Assembly (NCBI GenBank): GCA_949284445.1
Contig: CASDVP010000009.1
Location: 14,609 to 78,608, forward strand
Origin: an uncultured Bacillota bacterium
Lineage (GTDB): Bacteria > Bacillota_I > Bacilli_A > RFN20 > CAG-288
DNA length: 64,000 nucleotides
Reading direction: 5' to 3'
In this document: piece by piece, positions 11,136 to 21,749 of the stretch
How the letters are laid out: each line of letters opens with the position of its first letter
How positions within the stretch are numbered: position 1 is the first letter of the stretch
The notes under the pieces: model-generated
Databases searched by the model: none
What the model was told of the DNA's origin: nothing
The model's input: only the letters and a program-made list of their open reading frames with translations
Translations under genes and position numbers: made by a program

Positions 11136-12818
11136 ATGAAAAAGAATAGAATTGCACTTTTAGCCTTATATTCTTTATTGATTCCTTCTCTTTTTCTGAC
11201 ATCTTGCACTGATAATAGCAGTCAACCATCTTCATCTACTACAGAAAAAGATGAAATTCGATTAACCATCACTAGCACTGCCGAATATATCGGCCTTAAC
11301 GAATATGCTTATCTGACCACTTCTGATCAAAATGGGAATCCAGCAGATGTTGATTATTCATCTAGTGATAAAAAGATCGCAACTGTCTCTTCTACTGGAA
11401 CAGTTAAAGGTCTTTCTTATGGCGAGGTTGTTATCACTGCAACTAGTAAGGAAGATTCAAGCATTACAAGCTCTATCAAGATCACTGTCGGTGAATCCTT
11501 AACACTATATAGTGTTATAAGCAGGCTTTTAAAAGCTGATTCTTATAGAACGACATATACAGCTAGGTTCAAATATTTATTCACGACTTATAGTTTTAAT
11601 AATGTCGAAGACGTGAATAAAGATACCTATTACTTTGATGCTATCGATGAAAATGACTGGTTTAAAGATATCGGTTATGCTTCCAGAAATTATGAGACTT
11701 TTGAGTTTTCTAAAACTGGTGATAAAGTCTCTGATGCCATCTACTTAAGAAATTATTATGAAAACTATTCTGATTTTCTCTATTTAGCTACTGAGATGTC
11801 TGGTAACTATTATTCTTTAAATCCTGATGAAGATGGTATTTATGATTTAAAAAACGGTGTAGATACTTCTTTGTTTTTAAATCTTGTTTTTCAGAATGCT
11901 GATCTGCCTGTCAGTTTTAGTTTAGATAATGTTTTTAATGATATCACGGCGATCAGCGCTCAAGTCTTGGCAGTTGATTCATTTAAAATCGATATTCATT
12001 TTGATAAGGGAACTTATGCTTCTGAAGGATTTATCACTTTAGAATTTTCTGATTTTAATAATGTCGATTTATCGTATGTCGATGATTATTTAAAAACTAA
12101 TGAGATAGATGTTCCGACTACTGATGAAAGAATCTTAAGAATCCGTGAATTGATCGCCGATTATAATTACACTTCAAGCTTAGGAACTACCACTACTTAT
12201 GACGAGAATGATGAAATCACTGGCTCTATTTCTAATGGTGAGTTACATTTCACAAATGATTACCTTTACTTCAATTATTCGGATGAATATATAGACTATG
12301 TCAATTCAAATCAAACAGTTCAAAAATTGGTCAGAGGTGGTTATATCAATCTTTCAGATGGCGTCTATACTTTTTTAGTCGATGAAGATCAAAATATCAC
12401 CATTGATTCCAAATGGAACTATGTTGATGAAGAAGGAAAGCCATATACTCAGTATCAAGATTATTATCCTAATATAACTTTAGCCATGAATATGATCGCT
12501 GAAGAAAACAAATTATATTCATTTATTTCTGATTCGACTACTATGTTTGATGGTACGGAGTTTAAAAGTGATTCTTATGTTTCATTAAATATAGCTGCTC
12601 AATTAGATAATGAAGCATTAGAAGCTGGGGGCACTCCATATGGCTTGTATGTAGGCTTAAAAGATAATAGTGTTGATGAAGAAGCAGTAGTGGGATTAGG
12701 ATGTTCTTTTGTATTCAGTGATATGGGTGGTATTGTGATCCCTCCTATCTATACGACTTATACTGCTTTTGGTAAAGCTAATGTCGATTTTATCGATACA
12801 TATTTAGCTTCCTTATAA
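11136..12818 (+). CDS. Lipoprotein with N-terminal Big_2 domain
   Basis: Lipobox LTSC. YSSSDKKIATVSSTGTVKGLSYGEVVITATS. Confidence 0.85.
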   Translation: MKKNRIALLALYSLLIPSLFLTSCTDNSSQPSSSTTEKDEIRLTITSTAEYIGLNEYAYLTTSDQNGNPADVDYSSSDKKIATVSSTGTVKGLSYGEVVITATSKEDSSITSSIKITVGESLTLYSVISRLLKADSYRTTYTARFKYLFTTYSFNNVEDVNKDTYYFDAIDENDWFKDIGYASRNYETFEFSKTGDKVSDAIYLRNYYENYSDFLYLATEMSGNYYSLNPDEDGIYDLKNGVDTSLFLNLVFQNADLPVSFSLDNVFNDITAISAQVLAVDSFKIDIHFDKGTYASEGFITLEFSDFNNVDLSYVDDYLKTNEIDVPTTDERILRIRELIADYNYTSSLGTTTTYDENDEITGSISNGELHFTNDYLYFNYSDEYIDYVNSNQTVQKLVRGGYINLSDGVYTFLVDEDQNITIDSKWNYVDEEGKPYTQYQDYYPNITLAMNMIAEENKLYSFISDSTTMFDGTEFKSDSYVSLNIAAQLDNEALEAGGTPYGLYVGLKDNSVDEEAVVGLGCSFVFSDMGGIVIPPIYTTYTAFGKANVDFIDTYLASL

Positions 12819-12956
12819 CCTATCAGTTTCACTTGAAGAGTTTCTGATTTTTAAGGCTTCTTTTTGGCTTGTCAAAAATTCAAGAATTGAGCACAAATAC
12901 CTAAAGTAAAAATGAGTTATGTTGTATAATTTAATAGATTAAACGAGGAGAACATT

Positions 12957-14630
12957 TTGGCATATCAAGCATTTTATAACAAATATCGTCCACAGACTTT
13001 CGATGAAGTGGTCGGTCAAAAAGCGGTTGTCGCTACTTTGAAGAATGCGATCAAAGAAAACAAAATAGCTCATGCTTATCTATTTTGCGGTCCTAGAGGT
13101 ACTGGCAAGACAACGATGGCTCGTCTTTTTGCAAAAGCTTTAAATTGCAAATCCGGTATCGGTAATCAATGTAATACATGTGATTCTTGTCAAGCTATCA
13201 TCAAAGGTGAACATCCTGATGTCATCGAAATCGATGCTGCTTCTAATTCCACTGTCGATAGCGTCAGACAATTGATCGACAGCGTTTCTTATCAACCGAT
13301 TATGTCTAGATATAAAATTTATATCATTGATGAAGTTCACAACATGTCTAATTCAGCCTTCAATGCTTTATTAAAGACCTTGGAAGAGCCACCTTCATTC
13401 GTTGTTTTTATCTTAGCAACGACTGAACCACAAAAGATTTTGCCGACTATTCTTTCTCGCGTACAGAGATTTGATTTTTCAAAAGTGATGAAGAAAGATT
13501 TAATTTTTAATATGGACAGGATATTAAAGAATGAGCATATCACTTTTGAAGAAGGCGCATTAGACTTGATAGCGTCCTTATCGGATGGCGGTGTTAGAGA
13601 TTCTCTTTCATTGCTAGATCAAGCTGTTTCTTATAGCGGTGATAATCTGACTGTTCATGACGTGGATACTTTATTCGGATTGATGTCTATCGAAGATGAG
13701 ATTCATCTCATCAATTTGATTTCTGGAAAGAAAACCGATGAAGTGATCAAGCTCATTAAAGATAAATACGATAAAGGTATTGATATCATAAGATTACATA
13801 ACGATTTAATTGCTTTATACAAAGATGCTCTTATTTATTCGATCACTAAAGATTCTGGCTTGTTAGAAAAGGCTAATCTTGAACAGATCAAACTGATCAA
13901 AGATGATGTTAGTTCTTTAAACAGATACATCAAAGAATTGATCGTTTCAAAAAGAGATTATCGCACTGCTGATAATGTTTTTGCTCATTTTGAATTAGCA
14001 TTATTAGGTCTGATGACTGAAGAAACTTCACATCCTACAGTGATTCTTCAAAAAGAAAAAACTGTTGATGTAAATAGCATTGTAAAGAAAGCTCAAGAAT
14101 CTGAACAATTAAAAACTAAACCGGTCACTATAACTAAAACAAATGTAAAAAAAGGTTTTGAAGCTAAGAAAGTTGAAGAGATCAAAACTGAAGATAAAAT
14201 CGTTTATAGTGCTGATGAAATTTTGAATTTGATGGAGCAAGCCGATAAAGAAGAGAGGCTCAAGGTAGCTGGTAAGTGGGGACTATTACAAAATCTTTTC
14301 ACATCTAAAAGAGCTTATGAAGCTAGGGCTTTAGCCAGTTGTAAACTGCGTTTAGTCGCTAAAGATATCTTGCTGGTCACATCAAATTTGACTAGTGAGG
14401 TTAATAAGATCAATAACAAGAGTTCCCAAAATATATTGATGGATATTTCTCAAGAACTCTTCGGTAAGGCTTATCATATCTTGCCTATCCCTGATAAAGA
14501 ATTCATGGATTGTTATATGAGTTATAAAACAGGTAAAAAAGTAGATATTAGAGAGCCTAACATTGATTTTGGCACTGAAAAGAAAGAGTCTAATTCCACA
14601 CAATTTTTTGATGAATTGATGAATGGTTGA
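12957..14630 (+). CDS. dnaX: DNA polymerase III subunit gamma/tau
   Basis: YNKYRPQTF, Walker A GPRGTGKT, DEVH, LLKTLEEPP. TTG start after GAGGAG. Confidence 0.98.
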   Translation: MAYQAFYNKYRPQTFDEVVGQKAVVATLKNAIKENKIAHAYLFCGPRGTGKTTMARLFAKALNCKSGIGNQCNTCDSCQAIIKGEHPDVIEIDAASNSTVDSVRQLIDSVSYQPIMSRYKIYIIDEVHNMSNSAFNALLKTLEEPPSFVVFILATTEPQKILPTILSRVQRFDFSKVMKKDLIFNMDRILKNEHITFEEGALDLIASLSDGGVRDSLSLLDQAVSYSGDNLTVHDVDTLFGLMSIEDEIHLINLISGKKTDEVIKLIKDKYDKGIDIIRLHNDLIALYKDALIYSITKDSGLLEKANLEQIKLIKDDVSSLNRYIKELIVSKRDYRTADNVFAHFELALLGLMTEETSHPTVILQKEKTVDVNSIVKKAQESEQLKTKPVTITKTNVKKGFEAKKVEEIKTEDKIVYSADEILNLMEQADKEERLKVAGKWGLLQNLFTSKRAYEARALASCKLRLVAKDILLVTSNLTSEVNKINNKSSQNILMDISQELFGKAYHILPIPDKEFMDCYMSYKTGKKVDIREPNIDFGTEKKESNSTQFFDELMNG

Positions 14631-14641
14631 TGGAGGTGAAT

Positions 14642-14986
14642 ATGGAAGACGAGAATATCAAAAAAGCTGAACAAGCTACAAAAATGGCTATGCTTCAAGA
14701 CCGAGCTAAAGAATTTCAAGATAAAAATCGTGAATTGCAGAACAAAGAATATCAAGGACGTGTTCAAGGCATAAATATATCTATGAAAGGTGATTTTGTC
14801 GTCACTAATGTGCATATTGATCAAAGCTTTTATGAAACGGCAAGCAAGGGTCAAATAGAACTAGCTATCACTAAATGCCTAGCTAATTTACACACCGCAG
14901 TTGAAAATGATATTCAATTGTTAGCAAAGCAATTCCAAGACGAAATTGTTCGTATGCAAAAAGATAACACCGATGGAACATATTGA
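14642..14986 (+). CDS. ybaB: YbaB/EbfC family nucleoid-associated protein
   Basis: Position between dnaX and recR, size and helix-beta-helix pattern. GGAGGTG RBS before ATG 14642. Confidence 0.8.
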   Translation: MEDENIKKAEQATKMAMLQDRAKEFQDKNRELQNKEYQGRVQGINISMKGDFVVTNVHIDQSFYETASKGQIELAITKCLANLHTAVENDIQLLAKQFQDEIVRMQKDNTDGTY

Positions 14987-15584
14987 AACTATTAAAGAAC
15001 TGATAGCTTGTTATAAAAAGCTTCCAGGTATCGGAACCAAGACAGCTGAACGTTTAGCATACGCGACGCTTCGTTTGTCAAAAACTGATCGCGATGCTTT
15101 TCAAATCGCACTTTCTGATGTGGATTCAAAAGTTAAATTATGTCCACAATGCGGGACATATTTTGAAGATCGTTGCCCGATCTGTTCTGATCCAAAAAGA
15201 AACAAAAAACTTTTATTAGTAGTCAGTGATAGCAAAGATATTTTAGCTATTGAGAGGACGGGCACTTATAACGGCTTATATTTCACTTTGAATGGCAATC
15301 TTTCACCTTTAAAAAATAAAACAGCCAAAGATATCGGAATCGATGAGTTAAAAAAAAGAGTTGAAAGAGATCAGATAAATGAAGTGATTTTAGCTCTTCC
15401 AACATCATTAGAAGGAGAAACCACTGCTTTATATATAACTAATGTTTTAAAAGACGAACCAAATGTGAAAGTATCACGCTTGGCTTATGGCATTCCGATC
15501 GGAACAAACTTAGAATACTTGGATGAAATGACAATTTCACAATCTCTTAAAGGAAGAGTGGTTATCTCAGGAGAAAACAAATGA
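14973..15584 (+). CDS. recR: Recombination mediator RecR
   Basis: KLPGIGTKTAERL (HhH), C4 zinc finger, Toprim LEGETTA, RLAYGIPIG. Confidence 0.97.
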   Translation: MEHIETIKELIACYKKLPGIGTKTAERLAYATLRLSKTDRDAFQIALSDVDSKVKLCPQCGTYFEDRCPICSDPKRNKKLLLVVSDSKDILAIERTGTYNGLYFTLNGNLSPLKNKTAKDIGIDELKKRVERDQINEVILALPTSLEGETTALYITNVLKDEPNVKVSRLAYGIPIGTNLEYLDEMTISQSLKGRVVISGENK

Positions 15585-16213
15585 ATAAAGGGCTATTTAT
15601 CACTTTTGAAGGATGTGATGGCTGTGGAAAAACCACGGTGATGAAATTAGTATGCGAACAGTTAGTAAAACAAGGTTATGATATTTTGCAGACGCGTGAG
15701 CCTGGCGGTAGCACTATCGCTGAAGAGATCAGAAGCATCATCTTAGATAAAAAGAACACCTTGATGGATTCTAGAACGGAAGCATTGCTTTATGCAGCTT
15801 CTCGAAGACAGCATTTAGTTGAAGTTGTCTTACCAGCTTTAAAAGAGAATAAAATAGTTATCTGTGACCGCTATTTGGATTCTTCTTTAGCTTATCAAGG
15901 ATATGCTAGAGGAATCGGCATTGATAACGTCATGTCTATCAATTCTTTTGCGATCGATAAGACGTTTCCACAGCTGACGATATTCCTTGATCTGACTCCC
16001 GAAGAAGGATTAAAACGCATCGCTAAAAACGATCAAAGAGAAGTCAATAGGCTTGATTTAGAAAAAATTTCATTCCATCAAAAAGTTTATGAAGGATATC
16101 AAATCTTGATCGAGCGTTATCCGGAGAGAATCAAAGTTGTTGATGCTCGAAAAGAGATCAAAGAAGAAGTTGATGATTGTATTAAATTGATATTAGAGAA
16201 AATAAATGGATAA
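15581..16213 (+). CDS. tmk: Thymidylate kinase
   Basis: FITFEGCDGCGKTT, TREPGGS, CDRYLDSSLAYQG. Confidence 0.98.
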   Translation: MNKGLFITFEGCDGCGKTTVMKLVCEQLVKQGYDILQTREPGGSTIAEEIRSIILDKKNTLMDSRTEALLYAASRRQHLVEVVLPALKENKIVICDRYLDSSLAYQGYARGIGIDNVMSINSFAIDKTFPQLTIFLDLTPEEGLKRIAKNDQREVNRLDLEKISFHQKVYEGYQILIERYPERIKVVDARKEIKEEVDDCIKLILEKING

Positions 16214-17195
16214 GACAACATTATTAAAAGCAGAGCCAAAATTAGCGAAGCTTTTTATCAATTCACGCAAGCAAAATCGTGTTGCTAATGCCTATCTTCT
16301 ATATGGAAGCAGGAATGCACCACTAAAAGAAACTGCTATTTATCTAGCAAAATCTTTAAGCTGTGAACAAGATTTGCTTGCTTGTGATAACTGCCCGAGT
16401 TGCAAAAGATTTAATAATGGGATCAGACCTGATTTCCATCTGATTGATGGTGAACAGAACACTATTAAAAAAGATGATGTCAAATCATTAGAAGCCGCTT
16501 TTTCATTATCAGCTTTAGAAAAGAATCATCGCTTGACATATGTCATCAACCGCATTGAAAATATCACTGAAGAAGCATCTAATTCTTTATTGAAATTCTT
16601 AGAAGAACCGAAAGAAGGACAAGTGGCTTTTCTTACCACTTATAACATACAGAAAGTTTTACCGACCATCCGATCGAGATCATTAGAGATCCGTGTAGAT
16701 CCTGTTTCACCGAAAGATTTCTATGAGAGCTTATTAGAGAAAGATTTTGTTTTAGAAAAAGGTGAACATAAGCACTTATCGATTACGGAAGCATTTGTTT
16801 TGAGTCGTTTTTATTCAAATATTGATGAAGTAGAACAGCTTTTAAAAGACGGCTTTTTTGAAACTGGTTTTCTAGCCGCTGAAGAATTTCTTAATGATTT
16901 AGTGGTCGATTATAAGAAAGCTTGCTTCACACTTTTGAAATCTACACAGCAGATAAAAGATGCTCAGTGTTATAATTGGTTATATCTGACCATCAATGAG
17001 ATTTTCACATTAACTTTATTAAACGATGAATCAGATAATCCATTCCAAGAGATCATCCGATCATTAAATGGTCATCGAAATGCTATCAGGGATGGACAAA
17101 AGATTATCAGTGAAGCTTTGGCTTTAAAGCAGATCAATCTCAATCAGACTTTAGTCATAGCTAGATTAGCTAAAGCAATTAACGAGGAATATTGA
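16206..17195 (+). CDS. holB: DNA polymerase III subunit delta'
   Basis: ANAYLLYG, Zn cysteines, SNSLLKFLEEP, LPTIRSR. Follows tmk. Confidence 0.92.
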   Translation: MDKTTLLKAEPKLAKLFINSRKQNRVANAYLLYGSRNAPLKETAIYLAKSLSCEQDLLACDNCPSCKRFNNGIRPDFHLIDGEQNTIKKDDVKSLEAAFSLSALEKNHRLTYVINRIENITEEASNSLLKFLEEPKEGQVAFLTTYNIQKVLPTIRSRSLEIRVDPVSPKDFYESLLEKDFVLEKGEHKHLSITEAFVLSRFYSNIDEVEQLLKDGFFETGFLAAEEFLNDLVVDYKKACFTLLKSTQQIKDAQCYNWLYLTINEIFTLTLLNDESDNPFQEIIRSLNGHRNAIRDGQKIISEALALKQINLNQTLVIARLAKAINEEY

Positions 17196-17196
17196 T

Positions 17197-18318
17197 ATGA
17201 CAACTTTAATCGGAATCCCTTTTGATTTTGTTGGTATGACTTATTATTCCACCAACAAAGATGTTGAAATAGGTTCAAAAGTGGTTTGTACTACACCGCA
17301 TGGAACATTTATCGGAACTGTAGCTAAGATCAGAAAGCCTAGTGAAGAAGAATTAGAAAAAGCTGATTTTGATACGATTTTTCCTCCGGTAGATCGCATC
17401 GCTAATTTTCAAGATCTAGCTTTTGATAGAGAAGCTAAAGTTAAAGAAGCTGAAATTGCCAAGGTTACTCAGCAAGAATCAGATGAATTAAAGCTGAATA
17501 TGAATATTTTGAATGCCTATCTAGATCTATCTAGTGATAAAGCATTGATCACATTTACTTCAGATAACCGTGTGGATTTTAGAGAACTTGTCAAAATTCT
17601 GATCGGCATGTTCCATCTCCGCATCGAGTTAAGACAGATCGGCCCTCGCGATCAGGCTAAATTGATCGGTGGTATCGGCGCTTGCGGATTACCCATCTGT
17701 TGCTCGACTTTTCTAAATTCTTTTGATGGTATATCTATCGCTATGGCTAAAAATCAATTGCTAGCTATCAATATCCCAAAGCTTTCAGGTCAATGTGGAA
17801 AATTGATGTGCTGTTTAAAATTCGAAGATGAAGCTTATGCACAACTAAGACCTAATTTTCCTAAGATCGGTGATAAAATCACTTATCGAAAATCGGAATA
17901 TGAGGTGACTGGATTAAATGTTTTGAGCGGAATTATCACTGCTTATAATGGTGATAATTATGAAAACTTTACTAAGGAACAATATGAACGTGTTCAGCAA
18001 GGTTTAGATAAAGGCGATGAAGATGAATTGATCACTGATATGAATGCAGGAGTTGATTTATCAGGTAAAGGTATAGAAGATACCAAGCAAAGAATCGAGC
18101 AGATCAAACGCTCTGAAGAAAAACATTTAGAAGAATTGAAAAATAAAGCGAAGAAAGCTAACAATAATAACCGCAATCGAAATAGCCATAATAATCGTAA
18201 TGATTATCATCGCTATTCCAAGAATGTGAAAAAAGACACTGGTTTTATCCCAGTTTCTCAAATTGCAGATCGTGAGGTATTAAATGTCAAAGCCGTCAAA
18301 AACGATGAAAAAGAATGA
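17197..18318 (+). CDS. ricT: RicT/YaaT (PSP1 domain) protein
   Basis: RVDFRELVK, RIELRQIGPRD, CGLPICC, SGQCGKLMCCLKFE. Confidence 0.93.
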   Translation: MTTLIGIPFDFVGMTYYSTNKDVEIGSKVVCTTPHGTFIGTVAKIRKPSEEELEKADFDTIFPPVDRIANFQDLAFDREAKVKEAEIAKVTQQESDELKLNMNILNAYLDLSSDKALITFTSDNRVDFRELVKILIGMFHLRIELRQIGPRDQAKLIGGIGACGLPICCSTFLNSFDGISIAMAKNQLLAINIPKLSGQCGKLMCCLKFEDEAYAQLRPNFPKIGDKITYRKSEYEVTGLNVLSGIITAYNGDNYENFTKEQYERVQQGLDKGDEDELITDMNAGVDLSGKGIEDTKQRIEQIKRSEEKHLEELKNKAKKANNNNRNRNSHNNRNDYHRYSKNVKKDTGFIPVSQIADREVLNVKAVKNDEKE

Positions 18319-19147
18319 TGCTAGTGAAGGACTAGTCGCATTAGTTTCAACACCGATCGGTAATCTTTCCGATATAACTTATCGAGCTGTAGATTATTTA
18401 AGAGAAGCTGATATCATCGCTTGCGAAGATACTAGAAACACGGGTGTATTGTTAAATCATTATCAAATAAAACCTAAAAAATTAATTTCGCTCTATGCCC
18501 AGACAGAGGCTAAAAATTCTGTCTCTTTAGTGAATGAAGTTAAAGAGAAAAAATTGAAATTAGCCTATTGCTCAGATGCTGGTATGCCTGGCATTTCTGA
18601 TCCTGGCTGTTTATTGATCAAAGAAGCTATCAAACAAAATGTGCATGTCACTGTCTTACCAGGTCCTAATGCTGCTTTGTCTGCTCTAGTTTTATCCGGT
18701 ATAGACACTGCTGATTTTTCATTTTATGGGTTCTTGCCGACTAAGGCTGGCAATATTAAGACTATTTTAAACAAAATAAAAGATAGACAAGAAACTTTAA
18801 TATTTTATGAATCACCAAATAGAGCAGTAAGCACCTTGCATATTATGAGAGAAGTTTTTGGTGATGAAAGAGAATTTGCTCTCGTCCGGGAATTGACTAA
18901 AATCTATGAAGAAGTGATCCGCGGGAAACTCGGTGATATCGACGAACTAGTCACAGATGTCAAGGGTGAATGCGTGATTGTTGTAAATGGTTTTCATGGT
19001 GAAAAAGAGATCGATGAACGCCAGTTAAAAAAAGAAATATCTCAATTATTAAAAACAGGTAAACCTTTAAAAGAATGCGCTAAAGAATTAGCTACTAAAT
19101 ACGATTTAAAGAAAAACCAAATATATAAATTAGGTTTAGATATTTGA
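18305..19147 (+). CDS. rsmI: 16S rRNA C1402 2'-O-methyltransferase
   Basis: STPIGNLSDIT, ACEDTR, SDAGMPGISDPG, RELTKIYEE. Confidence 0.97.
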   Translation: MKKNDASEGLVALVSTPIGNLSDITYRAVDYLREADIIACEDTRNTGVLLNHYQIKPKKLISLYAQTEAKNSVSLVNEVKEKKLKLAYCSDAGMPGISDPGCLLIKEAIKQNVHVTVLPGPNAALSALVLSGIDTADFSFYGFLPTKAGNIKTILNKIKDRQETLIFYESPNRAVSTLHIMREVFGDEREFALVRELTKIYEEVIRGKLGDIDELVTDVKGECVIVVNGFHGEKEIDERQLKKEISQLLKTGKPLKECAKELATKYDLKKNQIYKLGLDI

Positions 19148-19148
19148 T

Positions 19149-19997
19149 TTAGTCATGAGTGATATCGGCTTCTTGTTTATAATGGATTTGTGCTAGTTGG
19201 TCTTGGCAAGTCATCTTTTCGATGATCAATTTGACTATTTGTTCTAATTTGCTGTTTTCAGAATAATTAGCCTCACAGATGAAATCGACTCTTTCATCTG
19301 CAAATAATTTAGATGCTAATGGCTTTTTACCGCGTGAATAAACCGCGATTGATTGTCCACCTTTTTCTCTCACTAATTTCATGCAGGGAACATCAGTTAA
19401 TCCATCAGCGATATAAATCATATTTCTGAATGGGATTGTGCGTTCGGATTCCGGTGTAGGATCATTGATCTTATCGTTATCAGAAATATCTAGAACTCCC
19501 TTGTTGATACGGAAAAGAAATTGTGTTTTGGTGGTATAGTTAATGACGCTTTTTGGCCAGACGGCTACATCATTGATATAAAGGAATTCGCAAGCGAAGA
19601 TCTTTGTAAAATACTTTGAAATAGGAGATCCTTCTATTATTTCTTTATTTCCAGAAGAGATGACATAATGCTGAATCTCAACACCTTTATCTTCACCATA
19701 TTTATCGATTCTAGGAAACCAGGTGTCAACACCAGGGAATAGCTTTACATTAGCTCCCATCTGGACAAAGCTTTCACGATTGATAGGAAGGTTCTTTTTT
19801 TTAGCTTCATCAAGCATCAAATACATATAGGTCAAAAGAGAATCCATATGATATTCTTTTGACATCTCGTTGCATTTATTCCAAAACTCGGTCGGTTTAA
19901 TATTTAACGCAGGGATGAAAGAATAATTTTGCATATCAGTTGTGCAAAGAGTCTTATCGAAATCATAGAGGAGAGCTATTTTTGTTTTATAAGCCAT
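19149..19997 (-). CDS. HAD-superfamily hydrolase
   Basis: Motif I LYDFDKTL, VISSG, YIADGLTDVP. AAGGAG RBS before ATG 19997. Confidence 0.9.
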   Translation of the reverse strand: MAYKTKIALLYDFDKTLCTTDMQNYSFIPALNIKPTEFWNKCNEMSKEYHMDSLLTYMYLMLDEAKKKNLPINRESFVQMGANVKLFPGVDTWFPRIDKYGEDKGVEIQHYVISSGNKEIIEGSPISKYFTKIFACEFLYINDVAVWPKSVINYTTKTQFLFRINKGVLDISDNDKINDPTPESERTIPFRNMIYIADGLTDVPCMKLVREKGGQSIAVYSRGKKPLASKLFADERVDFICEANYSENSKLEQIVKLIIEKMTCQDQLAQIHYKQEADITHD

Positions 19998-20367
19998 ATG
20001 TTCTCCTTGTTTTATCATTATGTTGATGAAATGCTTTTTTCTTATTTTATCACAATTAGGGCTTATAAAACTAAATGTCTAAATAGATTGAATATTAATG
20101 GTCATTCAAGCAGTTTAATGTGATGGCTTTATCAAACCTAAGTCTTCTTTCTGATTAGGAGTTTTATTGATGTATTATACATACATGATGGGTATTTATT
20201 GGTTATAGTTAATATAAAAGATGATGAGACTTTTAAGCGGTAGAAATAGCGTAGCGCTTTCAACGGTCTATGTATATGAAAAAGCTCACAGTGTGAGATA
20301 TTTATATTGAAAATGGATTTTTTTATTTATAATATATATGTGTCTATGAAAGGAGACCTTATTCAAA

Positions 20368-21123
20368 ATGGAAACTTTTACTCCCAAAGATGTGCAAGTT
20401 ACTGAAAATGAAGTAAAACCGATAGTCTCATCTGCAGCCTTCCCGATGATAAAAGTGTTTTTATGGATGGGTTTAGGTTTGTTGATCACTGGCATCATAT
20501 CATTAGGATTACCAAATCTTTTAGCTATCATTCCATCTGAGGCTAGTTATACAACTTATGTCACTTTGATGATTATCTCAGCTATCATCATGTTTCCTTG
20601 CGTATTGATAGTTAATTTTAAGAGCCTTAAGCCTAAGTCGATCGGCATCAGAATAGCTTATATTCTTTATTCTATTGCTATCGGTGTTATGTTATCTTCA
20701 GTTTTTATGACCATTTTAGCTGTTGATGGTCCTAATGCTATCATGACAATTTCAATGGCTTTCTTGATCTCTGCTGGTTCTTTCTTATTAATGGGTCTTA
20801 TCGGTACTTTAACTAAGAAGAATCTCAGTATCCTGTATCCTTTATTAACTGCTTTATTGATGGGATGTTTGATCATCTCTTTAGTCAACTATTTCATCGG
20901 CAGCTCAATGGTTTATTGGATCACTGACTTCATTATTTTAGGAGTCATCTTAGTCATTTCAGCTGTTGATATTAATCGTGTGAAGAAACTTGCTCAAGCT
21001 AGAGTATTAGATGACAATCAAAATTCTTTAGCTGTCTATTGTGCTTTTAATCTTTACGTCGACTTTATCAATATTTTTATCAGAGTATTGATGTATATTT
21101 TTGTTTTTATGCGTCGTGATTAA
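20368..21123 (+). CDS. Bax inhibitor-1/YccA family membrane protein
   Basis: About 7 hydrophobic helices. C-terminal AFNLYVDFINIF signature. Confidence 0.9.
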   Translation: METFTPKDVQVTENEVKPIVSSAAFPMIKVFLWMGLGLLITGIISLGLPNLLAIIPSEASYTTYVTLMIISAIIMFPCVLIVNFKSLKPKSIGIRIAYILYSIAIGVMLSSVFMTILAVDGPNAIMTISMAFLISAGSFLLMGLIGTLTKKNLSILYPLLTALLMGCLIISLVNYFIGSSMVYWITDFIILGVILVISAVDINRVKKLAQARVLDDNQNSLAVYCAFNLYVDFINIFIRVLMYIFVFMRRD

Positions 21124-21150
21124 ACATCACTGATAAAATTAAAGACTCAT

Positions 21151-21185
21151 GCCTAATGGTGTAAAAACTGTTAGGCTTTTATTTT
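21151..21185 (+). terminator. Probable rho-independent terminator
   Basis: GCCTAATGGT-GTAAAA-ACTGTTAGGC followed by TTTTATTTT. Confidence 0.7.
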
Positions 21186-21240
21186 GTTCATGTGATTCAT
21201 ATATCAAAAGAAATGACTTATAATTATTTATTGAAGAAAT

Positions 21241-21747
21241 ATGAATAAAACATTTCAAAAAGAACCATTCTATTCAAAGTTTGTGAATGAGGACAATTTA
21301 TCACAGATTGAAGACAGCAAAATCAAACGCAAGTATTTTTCTAAGACATATGTGATCGCTGTTTTTGCCATGCTACCTGCGTTATATGCGACATTCATCG
21401 GATTTAATTTCACGCACCTTTTTTCTATCATCATATTCGTTATGGCTGTCATATCAGAAGTGGTCGCTATAGCGGCTTTGATCAAACTATATCTCATCGA
21501 CTCTGAGCACCATGTGTTCAGAAGAAAATTATATTTTTGGTTATTTTATCTTGCTTTTTTTGTAATAGGAATAGGAGCCTGTATTTGCGCGGCGTTTAAT
21601 ACGAAATTTATCGGAAATGATGATGGCTCGTTCAGAGTGGTTTTTAACCCTGCTTATTTCTTTTTTATATTCTTTCCTATCTATCTTGGATATATGCTTT
21701 TTTGCTATTATTCGTTTTTGAAGTGCTTTGTTAAATATTTGCGCTGA
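21241..21747 (+). CDS. Hypothetical 4-TM membrane protein
   Basis: 168-aa ORF with four hydrophobic segments. Confidence 0.7.
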   Translation: MNKTFQKEPFYSKFVNEDNLSQIEDSKIKRKYFSKTYVIAVFAMLPALYATFIGFNFTHLFSIIIFVMAVISEVVAIAALIKLYLIDSEHHVFRRKLYFWLFYLAFFVIGIGACICAAFNTKFIGNDDGSFRVVFNPAYFFFIFFPIYLGYMLFCYYSFLKCFVKYLR

Positions 21748-21749
21748 AT

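Noticed and set aside
12819..12956. Possible SRP RNA upstream of dnaX, as in B. subtilis
   Set aside because: No GC-rich helix or conserved SRP loop motif in this short AT-rich gap.
14145..14161. dnaX A_AAA_AAA slippery heptamer with a -1 frame stop (AAA AAA AGG TTT TGA) near codon 397, like the E. coli gamma frameshift
   Set aside because: No upstream SD-like element or downstream hairpin. A7 runs and off-frame stops are common in AT-rich DNA.
18158..18215. AAT/AAC-rich repeat-like stretch in ricT
   Set aside because: It encodes a low-complexity Asn/Arg tail and is not a DNA repeat array.
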